Shown here one piece after another: positions 48,876 to 51,864 of a stretch of 51,864 nucleotides of DNA. This DNA comes from Lachnospiraceae bacterium (GTDB lineage Bacteria > Bacillota > Clostridia > Lachnospirales > Lachnospiraceae), in contig JALELN010000043.1 in the NCBI GenBank assembly GCA_022771765.1, positions 1 through 51,864 on the forward strand, in the 5' to 3' direction. The translations under genes and the position numbers were made by a program. Every line of letters begins with the position of its first letter. The first letter of the stretch is position 1. Below the pieces are notes generated by a model, which saw only the letters and a list, made by a program, of their open reading frames with translations, was not told where the DNA came from and made no database searches.

Positions 48876-50255
48876 TTACCTTTTCAACTTTCTTACCATG
48901 TCCTTGAACATCCGTCCACGCTGCTCATAGCTTTCAAACATATCCCAGCTCGCGCATGCCGGTGACAACAGCACGGCATCACCGCTGACTGCCGTAGCAT
49001 GACAGATATCCACTGCCTCCTGAAGCGAATCCGCAAACACATAATCCTTAAATCCCAAGCGCTCACAGGTCTCTGCGATCTTCTTTGCCGTCACTCCGAT
49101 GAGAACCAGCTTCTTCACTTTTCCGTCAAAGGCGCCGATCCACTCGTCATACTCTGACTGTTTGTCGTAGCCACCGCCGATCAGGCAGGTAGGACGGTTC
49201 ATCGCACGAATGCCCTGTATCGCAGCATCCGGATTCGTACCCTTGGAATCATTATAGTATTTAACACCATCAATCTCCGTGACATACTCTATTCTATGCT
49301 CAACTGCTGTAAATCTGACCAGCACCTCCCGGATCTTCTCCAGAGGAACGCCGTAGCTGAGGGCGATTCCTGTCGCAGCCATCACATTTTCATAATTATG
49401 CTTTCCAAGCAGATTCAGCTCATTCACATTGCAGACAAGCTGCACTTTCCCTTCAGAAGCGGTGTAGATTTCCTCACCCTTCAGGTATAAACCATTTGAA
49501 AGTTCTCTGGCGCTGCTGAAATACAGCACTTTCATCTTCTTTTTCAGTTCTTCACCAAATGCCCGTAGCACTGCATCCTCATAATTGAGTACACAAACCT
49601 GATCCGCATGCTGCCCCTCTGTGATACGCTCCTTTGCTGCAATATAATTTTCCATCGTATGATGCCGGTTCAGATGATCGGGCGTGATATTCAGAATTGC
49701 AGAAACCTTCGGCGCAAAGTGCTCCACAGTCTCCAGCTGGAAGCTGGAAATCTCCGCCACAGTAACCGTTTCATCCGTCATCGTCCCGGCCAGACTCGTA
49801 TATGGAATACCGATATTTCCAACAACCCGCACATCATCCACATAATTTTTTAATATTTCTCCGGTCAATGCTGTCGTCGTTGTCTTGCCGTTTGTACCGG
49901 TGATTGCCAGCACATCCCCTTTTGAGAACGCATAGGCAAGCTCAATCTCTCCCCATATTTTTGCACCGTGGGCACGCAGCGCATCGACCATTGGAAGATC
50001 GGTAGGTACACCGGGACTTAAAATCACATATGAGTAGTCATCCAGCACATCCTCCGGCAACGTTCCGAGAATGACCGCACAGTCCTTTAGTGCCCCGGAT
50101 TTTGCACGCACGTCTGCCTCTGTTAATTTTTCATTGCCATCATAAATCTCAAAATCAATACCGTTCGCAGCCAGCAGTTCTGCCGCTGCAATGCCGCTGA
50201 TACCGGTGCCGACAACCAACACCTTTTTATCCTGCAAATCCATTTGTATTCTCAT
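48876..50255 (-). CDS. murD: UDP-MurNAc-L-Ala--D-Glu ligase
   Basis: SPGVP, ITGTNGKTTT, EISSFQL, NITPDHLNRH, NDSKGTN, LLSPACASWD. Confidence 0.97.
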   Translation of the reverse strand: MRIQMDLQDKKVLVVGTGISGIAAAELLAANGIDFEIYDGNEKLTEADVRAKSGALKDCAVILGTLPEDVLDDYSYVILSPGVPTDLPMVDALRAHGAKIWGEIELAYAFSKGDVLAITGTNGKTTTTALTGEILKNYVDDVRVVGNIGIPYTSLAGTMTDETVTVAEISSFQLETVEHFAPKVSAILNITPDHLNRHHTMENYIAAKERITEGQHADQVCVLNYEDAVLRAFGEELKKKMKVLYFSSARELSNGLYLKGEEIYTASEGKVQLVCNVNELNLLGKHNYENVMAATGIALSYGVPLEKIREVLVRFTAVEHRIEYVTEIDGVKYYNDSKGTNPDAAIQGIRAMNRPTCLIGGGYDKQSEYDEWIGAFDGKVKKLVLIGVTAKKIAETCERLGFKDYVFADSLQEAVDICHATAVSGDAVLLSPACASWDMFESYEQRGRMFKDMVRKLKR

Positions 50256-50267
50256 TCTTTTTCTCCT

Positions 50268-51236
50268 TTACAGCGCTACATACGCCAGCAGACACAACAA
50301 CGTCGTCACAATGGAAAAGACTGCAACAACCCGTGTCTCCGACCACCCACACAGTTCAAAATGATGATGGATGGGTGCCATTTTAAAAATACGTTTGCCA
50401 TGCGTCAGCTTGAAATAGCCCACCTGCAGCATAACAGAGAGAATCTCGATCCAGTAAATCATTCCCACGATCAAAATGAAGATCGGCATCTGCAGCATAT
50501 AAGCGGTTGCTGCCACAAAACCGCCCAGTGCCAGCGAACCGGTATCTCCCATAAACACCCGTGCCGGATAAACATTAAACAACAGGAAGCCAAGCAGTGC
50601 ACCGACAACTGCACAGGTAATCGGTGCCACACCGCTGGCACTTCCGATTGCCACAACCGCAAAAAAGGTGGCAACAAGAATCGTCACACTACTCGCCAGA
50701 CCGTCCAGTCCGTCTGTAAAATTGACACCGTTTACCGTTCCGATCACTGCCAGAAACATGACCGGAAATGCCAGCCAGCCGAGGTTCAAATATTTCCCGC
50801 CGCTAAAAGGTATCAGCATCGTCATCGGCACCTTAGCCCAAACCATATAGGCCGCAAATACACCTGTCACCACAATCTCGCAAAGCATCTTCTGCCATGC
50901 CAGAAGCCCGTCAGAACGCTTCAGCACAACCTTTAAATAATCATCCAGAAATCCGATAATGCCAAAGCCAAGCGTTACAAACAGAATCGGCATAACCTGC
51001 GGATAATTTTTCATAAAAATCAGACTCGTGACGGTAATCGCCACCAGAATCATCAGTCCTCCCATTGTCGGGGTTCCGTTTTTCACCTGATGAGACTCCA
51101 GCTCCTCCCTCTCCGTATTTCCGATTTTCAGCCTGCGCAAAAACGGAATGAGCACAGGGCCCAGCACAGCACTGATTGCAAAGGCAATGAGCACCGCAAA
51201 AATACATGTACTTGTCATATCGATTGCTTTTTCCAT
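50268..51236 (-). CDS. mraY: Phospho-MurNAc-pentapeptide transferase
   Basis: GTPTMGG, GFLDDY, NFTDGLDGL, FMGDTGS, MAPIHHHFE. Confidence 0.97.
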   Translation of the reverse strand: MEKAIDMTSTCIFAVLIAFAISAVLGPVLIPFLRRLKIGNTEREELESHQVKNGTPTMGGLMILVAITVTSLIFMKNYPQVMPILFVTLGFGIIGFLDDYLKVVLKRSDGLLAWQKMLCEIVVTGVFAAYMVWAKVPMTMLIPFSGGKYLNLGWLAFPVMFLAVIGTVNGVNFTDGLDGLASSVTILVATFFAVVAIGSASGVAPITCAVVGALLGFLLFNVYPARVFMGDTGSLALGGFVAATAYMLQMPIFILIVGMIYWIEILSVMLQVGYFKLTHGKRIFKMAPIHHHFELCGWSETRVVAVFSIVTTLLCLLAYVAL

Positions 51237-51285
51237 AGCGATCCCTCTTTCATTTGTCGTTTTTGAAACATAGTTTCCAACTTAT

Positions 51286-51864
51286 CTAGTATACGTTATT
51301 TTCCGTCTCAGTGCAAGGCGCGATATCCAAATAAGGGAGAATATCCGCAAAAATATCCCGTGCCACCGGTGCCGCAATCGTTCCGCCGTAGTAAACACCC
51401 TTGGGATTGTGGATGACAACCAGCACGAGCACCTGCGGATCATCCGCCGGTGCAAAGCCGAGAAATGATGAAATATACTTATGGGCGCTTCTGGGCAGCG
51501 TCTGGGAGGTTGCTGTCTTTCCTCCGATCGAATACCCTTCTATATACGCCCGCTTTCCGCCTCCCTCCGTGACCACGCTCTCCAGCAGCTTCTGCATCAG
51601 CTTAGAGGTATCCTCGGATAAAATCCGGTCATCCTCATCGGGTGTATAATCTTCTCTGAAATCTTTGACAACCGTCCCATCCGGATCCTTTGCCTCCAAT
51701 GCCAGATGCGGCGTAACCAAAAGCCCGCCGTTTACAATGGAACCGGCTGTCGTCGCCAGCTTGATCGGCGTGATCTGAAAGCTCTGACCAAAAGAAATAG
51801 TTGCCAGCTCCACCGGTCCTACATTTTCCTTGTCGTGCATAATCGTTCCCGCCTCGCCGGGCAG
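51286..51864 (-). CDS. Class B penicillin-binding protein (SpoVD/FtsI-like), C-terminal part
   Basis: LPGEA, SFGQ, GGKTATSQ, SSFLGFAPADDP, YYGGTIAAP; open to the window edge. Confidence 0.88.
   Translation of the reverse strand: MPGEAGTIMHDKENVGPVELATISFGQSFQITPIKLATTAGSIVNGGLLVTPHLALEAKDPDGTVVKDFREDYTPDEDDRILSEDTSKLMQKLLESVVTEGGGKRAYIEGYSIGGKTATSQTLPRSAHKYISSFLGFAPADDPQVLVLVVIHNPKGVYYGGTIAAPVARDIFADILPYLDIAPCTETENNVY

Noticed and set aside
190-51649. Numerous short ORFs in the ORF track overlapping the called genes
   Set aside because: They are antisense or off-frame shadows of well-supported genes, without recognisable motifs

Overview
Core-chromosome segment, almost all on the minus strand, of a motile, spore-forming Clostridia bacterium; the gene content suggests Lachnospiraceae. 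Left to right: flagellar basal body genes (fliF partial, fliE, flgC, flgB), codY, topA, dprA, comM, sigK, and an overlapping three-gene unit (HD-like protein, TraX-family membrane protein, GlgX-like GH13 lacking its catalytic residues). Then DUF1292, a UvrD-family helicase, an Ech [NiFe]-hydrogenase operon (echABCDEF-hypCDE), a CsoR/RcnR repressor and an uncharacterised four-gene block (DUF5717-like, DUF5716/Hsp70-like, TPR, membrane coiled-coil). Then a cobD-like gene, sstT, nfnAB, a metallophosphoesterase paired with a ParB/Srx-Bmp fusion, two COG0523-type GTPases, argS, an inverted sigG, a beta-CASP nuclease, sigE-spoIIGA and the dcw cluster (ftsZ, ftsQ, ftsW, murD, mraY, PBP partial). No IS, phage, tRNA/rRNA or CRISPR was seen. 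The strongest candidates for new biology are the ParB/Srx-Bmp plus phosphoesterase pair, the DUF5717/DUF5716 block, two related structured non-coding elements between convergent genes, and the pseudo-GlgX/TraX/HD unit. All family calls come from reading motifs by eye; no searches were run.
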